DNA of 64,000 nt from Eledone cirrhosa (taxonomy: Eukaryota). Positions within the stretch are counted from its first letter, which is position 1, and the number at the start of each line of letters is the position of its first letter. The translations under genes and the position numbers were made by a program. The stretch is from the NCBI GenBank assembly GCA_964016885.1, contig OZ024742.1, positions 123,752,001 through 123,816,000 on the forward strand, written 5' to 3'. Positions 41,324 through 55,190 of the stretch are shown in pieces. The notes below the pieces were generated by a model that searched no databases, was not told where the DNA came from, and saw nothing but the letters and a program-made list of their open reading frames with translations.

Positions 41324-42644
41324 GGATAGCTTGTGATAGCGGTACAGGTGGGTTGTGTAATACCCGTCTTCTATTTAGTGGTTGGGAGGCAGATATTGCG
41401 TTCTGCCCATCTGTTACTAAAATGTTTTGTTTTGTAGAGTTGTTTAATTGCCTTAAGTTAAGTTTTTTTATGTATGCTTCAAGGTTTGGTGCCGTGGAGT
41501 ATGATAGTCTAATAGTTTTAGAGTTCAGAATTGTGCTGTATTTATGGGAACTAGAGAAGTGTTTGTTGATTAACTTAAAGAATGAAAGAGATAGTTTTGT
41601 ACTAATCGAGGCATTAAAAATATGATTGTACCAGATATACTTTCTACAACGTGATTTATTTGGTGGTGATTTTCTATTATTAGTATGTCTGGTAGTACTG
41701 TGTGTGTGTGCTTGTATTTTAGTCCCCCGGTTACGTATTCCTTGATTTCGTGTAGAGCTATGTGTGTTATGGAAATTCCTATCATTGTATTCTATTGTAT
41801 CCCGGTGGTCAGCATTCCTTAATGCATTATTGTAGTATTCAGCGTGTTCACTAAAAATATCAGAGTTAGACGATAGGCGAGAGATTCTAAGAGAAATACT
41901 CCGGGGAACTGATTTGATCATGGAGAGTGAGTGGTTAGAGTTAAAGTTGATATACGTAAGGTTCTCATTCATCTTGTGGAAGGGTCGTATCTGTCCGGTA
42001 TTTAAGTTAAGAGTTACGTCCAGAAAGTTTACTACTTTAAGATTGTATTCGTATGTTATTTTTAGACCCAGTTCACTAAAAGATTTTCTAATATTTTTCC
42101 GTAGCCTTTCAAGATTTTGGTTATTCAAGTTATTAACTAATAAGAGCCCGTCATCTCTGTATATCCCCCCCCCCTGTAGATTACTAAATTTACTATGTAA
42201 TATGTGGGCTATGTAAATTCCCACAAGATCCGTGACCTCCGCCGAGTCGTTGGAACCCATGGTAATGTCGAAATTTGTGGGTCTGTCCTTACGTTCCCAG
42301 TAGCAGTTATCGAACTTAATAATGGTTTTTCTAGCCTCGAGAATAATATTAATTTCATCCTCCGTTAGGTCGGAATTGACCTTAGCAAACGATAGGGCCT
42401 TACGTAAAGTGCTTGGTGAGATGGAAGAGTAGTATTCGTCTATGTCAAATTGTATAAACTTAGATTTATTCTTATTCTTAACATTATTAAACCAGCGAAT
42501 TGCTTCGCTAGTGTTGCCCCATAATTTAGTTTCAATTTTCTTTTTCACTTGAGTTATTACTCTGTCAAGTATATGTTTGGCAACTCCGTGAACACAACCA
42601 ACAGTTCTCCTTAAAATGGGATATACTTTCCAGCGTAAGTGCAT
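41286..42644 (-). CDS. PLE family B reverse transcriptase core (5'-truncated, frameshifted before the endonuclease)
   Basis: FIQFDIDEYYSSI, MGSNDSAEVTDLVG, IYRDDGL and FLDVTLNL motifs. Confidence 0.85.
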   Translation of the reverse strand: MHLRWKVYPILRRTVGCVHGVAKHILDRVITQVKKKIETKLWGNTSEAIRWFNNVKNKNKSKFIQFDIDEYYSSISPSTLRKALSFAKVNSDLTEDEINIILEARKTIIKFDNCYWERKDRPTNFDITMGSNDSAEVTDLVGIYIAHILHSKFSNLQGGGIYRDDGLLLVNNLNNQNLERLRKNIRKSFSELGLKITYEYNLKVVNFLDVTLNLNTGQIRPFHKMNENLTYINFNSNHSLSMIKSVPRSISLRISRLSSNSDIFSEHAEYYNNALRNADHRDTIEYNDRNFHNTHSSTRNQGIRNRGTKIQAHTHSTTRHTNNRKSPPNKSRCRKYIWYNHIFNASISTKLSLSFFKLINKHFSSSHKYSTILNSKTIRLSYSTAPNLEAYIKKLNLRQLNNSTKQNILVTDGQNAISASQPLNRRRVLHNPPVPLSQAIHGIPATHNKERN

Positions 42645-43290
42645 ATCGGAGTGGATTGAAGTACTGCAGGTTATGTAACTTTGAGCTCTTTTACATATTA
42701 AAATCCAAAAACAAACTACTTAACGATAGAATTGAAAGATCATTATACTGCAACCACAAACTAAAAGCTAAATTCTCTCACTATAAAATAACTTAACATT
42801 CGAACCCGTAACTATAACACCGCTTTCTAGCTAAGCACCTTTTCTTCCCCCCACACTACAAGACAATACACTGCTTATCATCACTATAAATGGTAACTCA
42901 GTGCAATTCCTAGATTACTACTACAAACCCGACGTTCACTCACCACACAAACTTCGTCTGTCCCCTCTCTACCTCTCTCTCTACATCCATTACACTCTCT
43001 GTCTCTCGCCTTTGGCCTACCTCCCTCTCAACATTTATGAACCTGCCCTCTGGGGCAATAAATAATTCCGACCTTAACTATCAACGCATCTCTCCAAAAG
43101 TAACCAGTATAATAAAACCCCTACCATAACATTTTAATTAAGATATCTACAAACCACTCTCTCCTACTTCTCCAACCTCTGCATATCTTTCTCTCTCTCT
43201 CCCTCTCCCCTACTTTTCTCTCTTCCTTTTCTACTCTATCTTCCCCAACAACCCCACTTAAGGGTATTTACATTGTACATTTTACCATTC

Positions 43291-43402
43291 TGCTTTGAGG
43301 AAACAGTGGTCACAGCATTGGATATTTGAGTTCTGCAAGTACTTGTGAATTTGCACATAGCATAACTAGGCTGTAGTACCACCGTGGAAACACGTGTAAG
43401 CA
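43291..43402 (+). ncRNA. Mirror copy of the family B hammerhead (TTGAGGA; helix III ACACGTGT)
   Basis: tgct-TTGAGGA..GAAACACGTGTA-agca. Confidence 0.68.
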
Positions 43403-43449
43403 CACGGAATAAATTACATTTTTATGATGTCTACCTCTTATTATTCATT

Positions 43450-43510
<61 letters not shown>

Positions 43511-43574
43511 TATATACATATATATATACATATATATATACATACATATATATATACATACATATATATATATT

Positions 43575-43629
<55 letters not shown>

Positions 43630-44229
43630 AAAATGTTCACAATTTTTTGATCACAATGTATCTAATTACTAAGGTAAGAGATATGTCACTCAGTATAACT
43701 GCACATGCGCGCACAGCCTACACACACACCCATGTATAGATATAATATATACGATAAGTTTCTGCAGAATGTCCGTATACTAGAACTTACTCGGGGAACC
43801 CTAGAAAACAGAATATATAGTATAGAAGACTGGTCGAATATATCACGCATTTAGAGATGAGAGCCTCGTATAATGTTCAAACTCCTTCGAACCAAATACT
43901 CCTCATCTCTACCTCTCCCATTATTTTTTCATTTTAAATTTATTTATTTCTTTTTCGTTTCCATTATTTTCCTTTATACTTTACTTTTATATTATTCCCT
44001 ACATTCTCCCCTTACCATTTTACCTGCACTTTATTCCCTCCGTATTCTCCTCTACCACTTTGCAACCGCTTGATCGTATCTTTCTCTTTATTTCACTTTT
44101 TACTTTTATAGGCTTCTATTTTTTCGCCTTTCCCACACCATCTGCATCACTTCTCACAGCTCTTATGAAAGCCACCATCCCCATATACCTATCCCACTGC
44201 ACCCCACTAATCCTGCCATATATATTCAG

Positions 44230-44287
44230 TCTTGTCTGATGAGTGACGATCCTGTGAATGCACTGTAGAAACACCAGTGTAACGAGA
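44230..44287 (+). ncRNA. Type I hammerhead motif (stem II poorly paired)
   Basis: tcttgt-CTGATGA-[25 nt]-GAAA-CAC ca GTG-TA-acgaga; lies ~25 nt before a TA run. Confidence 0.65.
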
Positions 44288-45274
44288 TTCATCTCCTAGC
44301 CATAATAAATTATATGTATATATATATTGGGATAATGTCCCCCTCCCCACACGTATATTGTCTTCTTTCGACTCCTACAAGAGCAATAAATCTTTGAATA
44401 TTGCTTAATATTGATAATATAAATGATTTTATTTATCTGGAATCCAAAAAATTAAATAAAATTTTTAATTTACATGAATTGCAAGCGTATCTAACTCTAT
44501 TAAAACTACTTACCATTTTTGCAGTCTGAGATACGGAATATGATGTTATGTCGAATTGTTAATAAAACCGAAAATGAGATAGATTTCGTTAAAGTAAAAT
44601 GTTCGTTTATTTACTGGGTCATAAATCACAGATAATATGATTGATTTATGAGTATTTTCTCGAAAATGTGACGGCAAGTAAGTAATGCTTGCTGATATAA
44701 AATGAAATATATTTCGTATTTTGGGTTAAAAAGATACTAAACATCATATTAGATAATACGAAAAAATTCATTTTCCTTGCAGAGCAGTGATCTATCGGAT
44801 GGGCAGTACACCCATGCTTGCTTTCACAAAATCTTCATATTTAATATTAATGTATCTTTGGCCTAGATAGGTCTACATGTTTAGCAAACATTCAGACAAG
44901 GTCATGGGTATGACGTTCTACTTTCTGCTACAAGAGCATATTATATTCTTCCCCACACTACCAAATTTCACGGACGCCCAAGGAAACCACTCGAGTTGAT
45001 CTCGCCTAATTTATAAATGTTTTCATTATATAATCAAGGAAGTGCTGTGCGTATGAAAATGAACTGGGAGGTATAAAGAGAACGATAACTTAAGAACAGA
45101 AACTAGGTCTAAAAGTTGCCATGAAGAGTACACCACTAAAGATACTTTGTGGAAATTAAATACATCTTAATCTACTTTAGTATATCACCCAAGAACAGGC
45201 TTGGAAATAAAAACTGCTGCTAGCTGCTAGAACTAAATATAAACTAGGTAGGTATTACTAATACTTTCTGATAT

Positions 45275-45455
45275 AGGCACAGGACGAATATGTTGTGGGA
45301 AGGGATTAAATCGACTACAGTGTGTTAGTGGGACTTTATTTTATGGACCCCGAAAGGATGAAACGCAAAGCTAACATCGTAGAGATTTGAAACCAGAGCG
45401 TAAAGTGACGTAAATATTGTTATCCTATGCCTTAATGATACTGCCAGCCCAACGC
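45275..45455 (-). mobile_element. Degenerate Nin/Deu-type SINE
   Basis: Reverse complement core (tttcatcctttcggggtccataaaataaagt). Confidence 0.6.
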
Positions 45456-46200
45456 CCTCGTTGGTATCAATTACGGAAGGAGATACACCTACGGTAGTTT
45501 CGACCATGCGTGTACCATTTCCTAACAGCCAGTTAATGAAATGAAAATGCAAGTGGCTGATCATTTAACAGACACATATACATTTAATGATCATCTCAGC
45601 TTGACATAGGGCGCGAGAAGCCTGGTCGTTTGAAATACAATTACAGTCTATCCGATGGGCGTTTTAACAGTTTTGGTCCAACGAGATTTCATGCACAAAG
45701 CTTACGAAAAGTACACTAAAGCTGTTTGCCATTCCTAAATGAAATATATTTGCCTCTACTACAAGTAAATTGGTGTTTTCTACATACATACTGATTACAC
45801 ACAATTCCAAAGAAAATTGAAAGTAATTTTGTTCTGTAAAGCTTATAAATTATCAGGTTTATTATTTTTTTCTCTCATCCAATTGAGGCAGCTATAGTTT
45901 AATTTTGGATTCAATACATTCTCAAATGCTATTTGGTGGAATACCTTTAAATACGCCTAGGATCTTTGAAATATCATATTGAAGCAGACTTTACGTTAAT
46001 ACCATTATCGTCACGATAGAATACTTATAAATATTAAAACCAGGCTCATCTTAATCTACTTATGTATATATAACTGGTGTATATATATGTTGATTATTAG
46101 TCATATGCGCCTCACACATTCATGTGCGCGCGCACACTCACACACGCACACACGCACATATACACACACACACACACACATACACAACCATATATATATA

Positions 46201-46273
<73 letters not shown>

Positions 46274-47286
46274 TACTAGAAATTGAGTTATTCCTCCCTG
46301 TGGACATGCAAGATCACAAGATCTGAGCCTAATATATGTGTCTACTGGTTTACGCGTGTTTATCTGTTTGCGCACATATACGTATGCTTGTATTTACTGT
46401 GTGCGAGCCAACACCGTTTTATTTGCTTCTGATATATTGATAAAATTATTATGATTTACAATATAATATTAATGCTCGTTTATATCGTTCTTCAACATTT
46501 TTTCGAAATACAAATCCTTGACAATATTCTATTAAATTTGTTTAACACAAAATAACAAGTCTGCATCTTCGAAAACGAGTGATTATTTTTCTCTATATAT
46601 ATCTCTGTCTGTCTGCATCTCTCTCTCTCTCTCTCTCGCTCTCTCTCTCTCACAATCTCTCTCTCTCTCTCACTCTCTCTCTCTCTCTCTCCCTTTCTCT
46701 CTGTGAACGTGTGCGCGTACGTGTTATGCTTATTATAGAAAACGATCGCATGTGTATAGTGAGATATATATATATGTATTAGATAGTTAATAGAATAGAA
46801 TCATAGCTGATACATATCTTCATGTTCATCTGTTTGAACCAAATGTCATTTTTGAAACAACTATTAATATGTTAGAAATCCCCATCATTATCTCTGTAAG
46901 AACGAGAAACGTTCAGCACGTGCATTGTAACGTTTAAATAGATAATGCAAAAACCAGATACCAGGTTCTTACTTCAGTACACATCATGTTAAGCTTCTTG
47001 ACACAATACCTCACGACATGGTCAAACACATCCTCTTGCATAGATGGTAGGAATGTGAATGCATTGTTTCTGAAACAATTCTTGGAAACACAGTTGCTGG
47101 GATTCGCATAATCTGCAAATATAATTTTTGTGGTTCGAATTAATACTTCAGTAAGAATATATTATCGATAATTCTTGTTTTTATTGGAAACTTTTATGTA
47201 AAACTAAATCTAATAACATGACATACGGTATATCTATATCTATGTGTGTGTAAGAGTATATGTATATTCATTTTATTATAGAAATA

Positions 47287-47335
47287 ATTTCTACGGGACT
47301 AGAACTATTTCATTCATACGAAATCATCAGGAAAA
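47287..47335 (-). ncRNA. Isolated diverged copy of the 49528-family hammerhead
   Basis: Reverse complement: tttc-CTGATGA-tttcgtatgaat-GAAA-tagttctagtccc-GTA-gaaa. Confidence 0.55.
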
Positions 47336-47358
47336 TATATACATCTATATGCACAAAA

Positions 47359-47480
47359 GTGGTGAATTGGCAGTCGTTTCGGCATTTTATGACAGCTATT
47401 TCAGTTTACACTCTGCCGAGTTCAATATTTGCCTTTCATCTATTCGAGGACTTAAATTATGTACTAGTCGATAATTTGGG
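47359..47480 (+). mobile_element. Degenerate Nin/Deu-type SINE
   Basis: ggtgaattggcag head and gcctttcatc core. Confidence 0.5.
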
Positions 47481-47686
47481 TTCGTTCTTCCTTTATATAT
47501 AGTAATAATAATACATTTGAAGAGTAAAATCCAAAGAGGGCTCGATAAGGATAAATATATATCAAATATAGAAGAACCATAGAGCACATATTTATTAAAA
47601 TAACAGATTACAGTTTCAGAAGAACCCGTTAAGGGTGAAAGCAGCGATTCTTTGCTCAAACTTTAATCTGTTATTTTAATAAATAA

Positions 47687-47748
<62 letters not shown>

Positions 47749-47750
<2 letters not shown>

Positions 47751-49368
47751 CCCCGACGGCAGAGCTCTAGCCGTTAATGATCAGATATTCGATAAACCTG
47801 CGCCTTATAACAACCAGGCCCTCAAGCGAAGCGGCTTTCCGGAGGAAATCTCGTTTACTCCGTCATCCCTTAGCGGAACCAGCAGGCGACGCCGCCGCTC
47901 ACGCCACGTAACATGGTTACCCTCCCCACAATGCCGAGGTGGCAACACCAATCGGGAAAATCTTATTTAGGCTCCTCGAAAAACACATCCCACCACAACA
48001 CCGCTACCACAACATATTCAACAAAAACCCTATCAAACTCTTCAACTTCGCACAAAACATCGACTCCTCAAACAACAAGAAACTCAACTACTATGGAAGA
48101 AACAACCTAGACATTAGTGGAGAGACGATCAGGAGGTGCAACTGCCCTGATAGATCCACGTGACCCCTTAACAACAGATGCCGAGGACGTAACGTGATCT
48201 ACCAATGCAACGTGAGGACGGAAAACTCCAACAAAACCTATATAGGATTAACCGCGTGTGACTTTAAGACCCGGCTCTACCAACACCGATATATGTTCAG
48301 AAACCCGGCCCGGCGACATGCCACTACACTTTCGGGCCACATCTGGGACCTCCAAGATTCAACATACAACCTTACTCCAATATAGAACATACAACCTTAC
48401 TTATAGCTTACTGTCTAGGTGTTATCCTACACGGGAGGACGCCGTCCATGTAACTTATGCTCGGAGGGAACAATAAAAATGCCGTTTACGAAAGACGAAC
48501 TCCTAAAAAAAACAGACAAACTTGTAACTGCATGTAAACAACGTTTGCGTAGGACTTACCTCGGCCTCAAACCCCCTCATGACCCGGGCGGGTAGACAAT
48601 GGCTGCAACATACTTCTTTTCGCCACTTGCCGAACAAGATAGGGGAAACCCTAGCATACATAGGTAGATGTACTTCTTTTCTTTTTCCCTTTATCTCTTT
48701 TTTCACTTCCTTCCACTCCCTCTCCTCTTCCTTTTCCTTTTTCCTCTTTCGCCTACCCTGAGGCAGTCCATCGGACTTTTATAGCCTCAGTACCGCCACC
48801 CCAGTAAATTCTATATAGCATTGGCTGAAAAAGCAATACCAGCTAAACATATAGCAGCTGCTTAAGACTCTAGATTTTTTTTATTATTTTTCACTATTTA
48901 ATATTTTTATTATTTTTATTTATTGTTTTAATCTCAATTTATTAACCTTTTAATTTTATAACTTCCCACTCTCATATTCCTCCAGAATTCTTTTTCACCT
49001 GCTTTCTAACTAGCATATTTTCATACACACTGCTTAGAATTTGCTGCACTTTCAACGCTTGGCCGACTCCACCCACTCCTTGATTGTTCTACAGCCACCC
49101 CACCATGAAATATTTAACGGTGTTTACAAGAAATTTTGACCAATCCTTTTGACAACTATAATCTTCCCATATAAGGAACTAACCCTTGAAAAGTTCTGCT
49201 ATTTATTACCACGCTAAAAATTATAATTTAGTCCAGAAATAGCCGTCGAAGCAGCTTGAGCTCTGCGACCAGGGTTAAACATTTTCCTATTACCCGCTCT
49301 ACTACCCTAAGTATTGAGTACTCTGGTGCGTTATGGTCCATCTGGTTCCTTACCACACTTCCCTCATT
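47749..49368 (+). mobile_element. Diverged, frameshifted PLE family A copy with a ~28-nt inverted stub at its 5' junction
   Basis: ORF fragments homologous to 5386..6363; 3' end homologous to 7460-7675; TA-flanked. Confidence 0.85.
49181..49278 (+). ncRNA. Family A hammerhead, degenerate (TTGAAAA core retains U3/A8)
   Basis: aaccc-TTGAAAA..gccgtc-GAAG..gggtt. Confidence 0.45.
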
Positions 49369-49473
49369 ATATATATATATATATATATATACGTTATTCC
49401 GGGTTGAATCGGAGGTAACCACAGTAAGTAAGGTACTCAATACATAGCAGAGTATAACAGTTTTAATATAGAT

Positions 49474-49526
49474 GAGATTCTACAGGACTAGAACTGTTTC
49501 ATTCATTAGAAATCATCAGCAATCTC
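49474..49526 (-). ncRNA. Mirror copy of the 49528 hammerhead
   Basis: Adjacent inverted copy within the TA-flanked mini-element 49392-49591. Confidence 0.7.
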
Positions 49527-49527
49527 T

Positions 49528-49576
49528 GATTCCTGATGATTTCTAATGAATGAAACAGTTCTAGTCCTGTAGAATC
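49528..49576 (+). ncRNA. Type I hammerhead with 4-bp helix III
   Basis: gattc-CTGATGA-tttc taat gaat-GAAA-CAG ttctagtc CTG-TA-gaatc. Confidence 0.75.
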
Positions 49577-49589
49577 TCATCTATATTAA

Positions 49590-49643
<54 letters not shown>

Positions 49644-49659
49644 TTATAAAGGTTTTCAT

Positions 49660-50921
49660 AGAACTGGACATGAAAGGAATTTGCCCTTTATACAGGAGCA
49701 AATCATGGAATAGCTTAGATAGGGCTAGAAATAAGATAGGGAAGGCCACATCATGGTACGACAACCAGAGATATCAGAGTGTCATGTTTGTGGACGCCAC
49801 CCTTGGAGGGAAATTAGCTAACCAGTGTAGAAAGGTCCTGAGAAAGACCCACTGAAAAATAAAGGTGGTAGAAAAGCCAGGAACCACCATAAAATCCCTG
49901 ATCAGCAAAACCTACCCTTTTAAGAAAACCCACTGTACCAATAGGAAATGTATCATATGTAAGGTGAACCCCCGGATAAACTGTAAAACTAGAAACGTAG
50001 TCTATAGTATAAGATGTACAGAGAGTACTTGCAGAAACATGACAACAACATACATAGGTGAGACAGCTCGTAGCATAGGTGAACGGATAGACCAACACTG
50101 GGGGGAACTAAAAGCACGAAAAAACGGGTCAGTACTATACGAACATGGTAGACAACAACATGACGGTAAAAATAGACAACATAGAAATTAGAATAATATC
50201 TAAACATAGGAATGACCCAGCAGATAAGCAAATCAGAGAGGCCAGTGAAATAGAAATTAGAAGACCAAAGCTAAACAGAAAGAATGAGTGGAACAACAAC
50301 AACACCCAAACAAACAACACTGACCTAAGAGAAGTATAAATAAGTAAATAAAATAAAATAAAATAAAATAAGATAAATAAAATAAGATAAATAAATACAT
50401 ACACAAGCACAATAACAACAAGCACATAAACACACAAAGTCACCCAGCAGACACAACACTATACACACTAGTCACACAGCAAACATAACACTATACACAC
50501 ATGCAAACGCATGCGCAAAGAAGACAAAATAAAATAAACAAACAAGCAAATAAATAAATAAATATATAGACAGACTGAATAAAAAAATGGCGTAGACATA
50601 CAACACAACAGGAGGAAAAAATATAACACCACTGACGATGTTGCAGATGTGCAACGAAAGATTTATGTAAATTATGTAAACTATATATATGTGTTTGTGT
50701 CTATATTGTATCTGTAATATTTTTGACCGTCGGTCAGTCAATGGCAACATTGAGGACCGAGTAAGTTAGATCGCAGATATAAAAGACAGCGAGAAGCGAA
50801 AACCAACCAAACAGTGAGTGTGTTCTGTTATTAATTCTGGCAATATTACACAAATATGACCCTCCCCAAGTATAACAATATTTGTTTCGATACACGATTT
50901 CATATAAAAAACCTCGCTAAA
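49660..50921 (+). mobile_element. 5'-truncated PLE related to the Naiad-like family (GIY-YIG part + 3' UTR)
   Basis: ORFs 49670..49855 and 49865..50191 (CIICKVNPRINCKTRNVVY..YIGETARS); ends in (TA)n. Confidence 0.82.
50629..50668 (+). ncRNA. Minimal hammerhead-like motif in the 3' UTR of the PLE at 49660-50921
   Basis: CTGACGA-t gttgca gatg tgcaac-GAAA; stems I and III are weak; position is equivalent to 35137. Confidence 0.5.
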
Positions 50922-51730
50922 CTATATATATATATATATATATATATGTATACATTGTGTGTGTGTGTATAAGGATAATGTGTATCGATGTATATAATAG
51001 ACGGTAATACATTAATTATTCTAGTATTGCATGACATTCTCAAAAATAAATAATGCTGCTAATCAACTATGGCATTTATTCAAGACTACCAAACATGGAC
51101 TTATAAAGTCTGTTTAAATCGACCTATATCTATAATTGAAAGTTAGCATGTATGTATGTTAAATAAATTAGAAAATTACTCCATTCCGACCACTTCTTTT
51201 ATTATTCCTTATTCCTTTCTCGTGAAATCCTAAAATTGTAAATTGAGTGGAAAAAGTGATTCATATATTTAAATAGGATTAAATACGATGAGACTCAGGC
51301 AGCAGTAACAAAACTAAGCTTATGATACAGTCGTGCAATTTAAATTCATCATGGCGCCTACTGTTCAAAATTTACTGGTAGCAATAGAATAAAGATTTTG
51401 CCATTCGCAAATATACACAAATGATTACATCTCTACATACACGCATACATTTGCACTTACGTACGTACGCATATGTTTCAGTGTTTCACTTTCTCTCTCC
51501 TTCTCATAAAATCACTATTTTACTTGCACATGTCCTGCTATCTTAATATTTACTATCGTCCATGATAGGTACTTATATGAAATATCTAATCTCGTGTAAT
51601 GTACGATTTACCAAAGGTAACTTTAAATAACTTTTTTTTTTTACTGAAATTAAGGTATATTTTATGATCTCCAAGCATCTGTATATATTTTTGTTATTAC
51701 ATTGTACCATAAGTAGATTAGACAGATCCA

Positions 51731-51733
<3 letters not shown>

Positions 51734-51787
<54 letters not shown>

Positions 51788-51833
51788 TTCTTCTTCTTCT
51801 TCTTCTTCTTCTTCTTCTTCTTGTTCTTCTTCT
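51734..51833. repeat. (CAT)n(CTT)n compound microsatellite, probable LINE tail
   Basis: Directly visible; abuts the RTE 3' end. Confidence 0.9.
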
Positions 51834-52550
51834 TGAGAGTGACCTGGAGGCAGGGTACTGAAACACTCCTTCCAGCGGCTATTGTTAACAGTAACCATCT
51901 CCAACTGATCCGGCTGGCTCTTAGGTGAGACCAGCGAAGCTCATGGATGTTATCCAATCATCTTGCTCTAGGTCTCTCCTTGGATCTTCTGTCGGTGGGT
52001 TTTGCCCGTAAAAGCTGTCCAAGGATTTTTTCGTGAGACATTCTAACCATATGCCCATAGTATCGGAACTGTGATCCCTCAATTCGAAGAAGTAGCGACT
52101 CTCACTGCTCTTTGAAGTGATTCTCTGAAGTTCGAGCTACGTACTCTATCGAGTATCGTTACTCCACAGACACTTCGGAGGAACTCCATTTTAACTGATT
52201 CTATTCGCGATCGTATTCTTTCGGTCATTACCCAAGATTCATGTCCATTGGTAAATGTTGGCACGAATACCGAATTGAAAATAGCGAGTTTGGCTTTTAC
52301 ACTTACCCCGCTTCTCTTTAGCGAATGCTGAGGCTGGCGCATTACTGCACCAGCTCCTGGAATTCTTGCATTGAATTCAGCCTACTGCATTTTATAACCC
52401 TGAGCATGGTCCAAAGATACTTGAACTTATCCACCTGCTTCACTGGAAGTCCATTTACATGTAGATTGCATCGGGAAGGCTTGCTTGGGGGGACGAATAT
52501 CTATGTTTTTGCAGCAGCGATTTTCATTCCAGTTTGCAGCACTTGGCATC
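51834..52550 (-). mobile_element. RTE-clade LINE 3' fragment with trinucleotide tail
   Basis: KAKLAIFNSVFVPT...GHESWVMTERIRSRIES..MEFLR..GVTILDRVRS and VDKFKYL motifs. Confidence 0.8.
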
Positions 52551-53099
52551 AAACCTATCATTTGGAAGTCGGATATTACCTTCTGCTGTGTCAAGTAACA
52601 CCATGTCTTCTGTTAATTCCAGCCATCATAATATTTCATTATTGATAATTCTCAAGCATTTATATTTCTTGATTTGCCTCCTTAATTGAATTGGATTTAT
52701 ATTTTGGGTTTTGTATTTTGTAATACAATCATGGCTAAGTTGTTGATGGATCCGAATCGAGGTTGTTTAATCCGTGAATTTCTAGAATGTTACAATGTGG
52801 AAGGCTTAACATATTTAGTAGTACCACAAGTAGCGATGGTGAGTGTCACCAAACTAACTGTATTAAGAAGAGGAATAAAGATTTCACAATTAATTTGCTG
52901 AACAGATTATTGGAGCAGGTCTAAATATTTAATATATCTGGTGCATACATAAGTAGCCTGGCTTTATTCTAGATCTGCAAAAACTATAGACAAATAACAA
53001 CTAGTTAATGGTAGGAAAACGGAGTGCATTTTGTTGGATAAATTATAGTAATTTATGTATCCTGATAATTTATTTTGGTATATACAACAAACTATGCTT

Positions 53100-53172
<73 letters not shown>

Positions 53173-53175
<3 letters not shown>

Positions 53176-53350
53176 AACAAGTTTGACCCCGAGGTCAGAG
53201 CGCAAGCCGTTTCGACGGCTATTTCTGGACGCTGAGTCCAGAAATAGCCGTCGGGGTCAAACCTTTTCCTATTACCCACTCTACTGCCCTAAGTATTGAG
53301 TACTCTGGTGCGTTATGGTCCATCTGGTTCCTTACCACACCCCCTTCGTT
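53173..53350. mobile_element. Miniature PLE family A hairpin+tail insertion
   Basis: Inverted arm 53173-53230, direct arm with tail 53236-53350; TA-flanked. Confidence 0.8.
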
Positions 53351-55190
53351 ATATATATATATATATATATATATAGGAGAATAATATGGTCTTAAATGCT
53401 GTATTTGAATTATAGCAGGTAGTAGATGAAATGTATGGGGACATTTTTATCATTTTCTAATAGCGCTGTCATTCAGGTGCATCGATATAGTAGATTATAC
53501 CCACCTTAACAAATTGTTGACCGCGTTTAAATGTAATAAAACAATATTCATATTGTTGTTACAGGTTTAGGTGGTACTGGTGTTTGTGTTGCGTGGTGGG
53601 AATAGTAGTAGTTGGTGTTTTTATTTTTGTATTCTTACCGTTTTGTATACTTTGAAGACATTCAATTATATCCTGATTTTGCAATAATAATGCTTGCCTA
53701 ATCGTATTAATTGACATTAATTTGCAGTCTACTTCAGATAAATTTGCATGATTTGAGACAGAAATAAATTTGAAATTTCCTCTTGCGAATAGCCCCTTCT
53801 TCACTACGTTTTCGTTTCCCAAATCTCATTATTCAATTTTTAGCCACATAAACTTATGTAGTCTAAAGTTTTGTGCTCTAAGCATGTGTTAAAGCAATAT
53901 AGTGCTGTCAATTTTGATAGCCACATGCAAACTGAGAATAATAAGATAGAAGTTCGCACGATATTGTAATTCTGTGCACGGAATTTTAATTATGGACACA
54001 AATTCCACACAGCTAAAGGAAAGTAGTGGGAAATATTATTTTCTTTTTAATGTTGATCTCATTCCTTTTCAATATTAAATTTGTGAGATGAAATGTACAC
54101 CGTCTGCAGTAGGATATAGTAATCAAGAATCAAAGTGAGAAACCAGACATGCTGTTAATCATGCCGTGGGATAAAATAGCATTCACTTTTGAGGACAATC
54201 TATTTTACACCGTTTAACACTAAGTCTACCGATACTACCTGTATTTTACTCCGTTTAACATTAACGACGCTGGCACTACCTGTATTCATAATTCTGAAAT
54301 TCGAAATTCTAACTATGTTTTAATTGTAAGATTTCTTGTTAAAAGTTATGCTTCCTTTCTCATTCTTTTTTATATCTATATGTTAACAATTCTGATTATT
54401 TATTCTTTTCAGATATCCAAATCCTCATTTCATTTCACATATAGGAACCCTGTTTATAAATGTTATAACCTACAACCGTAAAGTCGATTTAGTAAGTTTT
54501 CAGACGAATTTCTCCTTTATGCAAATATCAATCTGATAGATGTAAACCCTTTCAACTATTCTTACACCAGAGAAAACTCATTTATAACACAACAGCATTC
54601 AGACAATTCGTCATTTTCTTATCTTGTCGCCGATGCTTTAGTACATAACATGCAATCATATTGATTTTCGTTAGATGTCCAACTAACAGATGTGTTGAAG
54701 TGGACGTTCAGTTGGTTCATTGAGTCACATAATATATCAGTTCTTAGTGAATGAATGGAATGTGATCAGTAATTAGGCTCGCATCTCTACGCTGTACTAA
54801 TTGTAGGTATCTGCGTCTAAATATTGTAAAACTAAATGATTGTTTTTTTTTCTGTTCCGTTGTTTCTGATCATTTAAGTAATGCGTTTTTCACTCGTCTC
54901 TTTGTAGTACGAGTATAAGCATCTCTGTGTTCACAGGTGCACCAGTACGAATTTGCAGTACCTTATTATAACATGGCAACATATGACCCGGAATTATAGA
55001 TTATCAATTAAACGTGTACCCAGCACTCCATCTATATACAGTGCTCAACGACATCCTTGTAAAACAGTTTTTGAAATTTTAAAGTTCTATATATTTCTTT
55101 TACTGTTCTTTATTTATACGCAATACAATGTGTCAGTAAATGTTAATGTGTGTGTGTGCGTGTGTTCTGATTTTATTATTTTATAATAGA

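Larger units (their letters stand above)
40094..43451 (-). mobile_element. Penelope-like element family B with inverted terminal arm (left arm ~40239-41068, right arm ~42609-43451, unique tail 40094-40238), in (TA)n
   Basis: RT ORF 41286..42644 and endonuclease ORF 40928..41323; ~830-bp inverted repeat; (TA)n on both sides. Confidence 0.9.

Noticed and set aside
48161-48163. TGA at a conserved Cys position (DRSICPL > DRST*PL)
   Set aside because: The copy is heavily frameshifted and the other family A copies encode Cys; a point mutation is sufficient.
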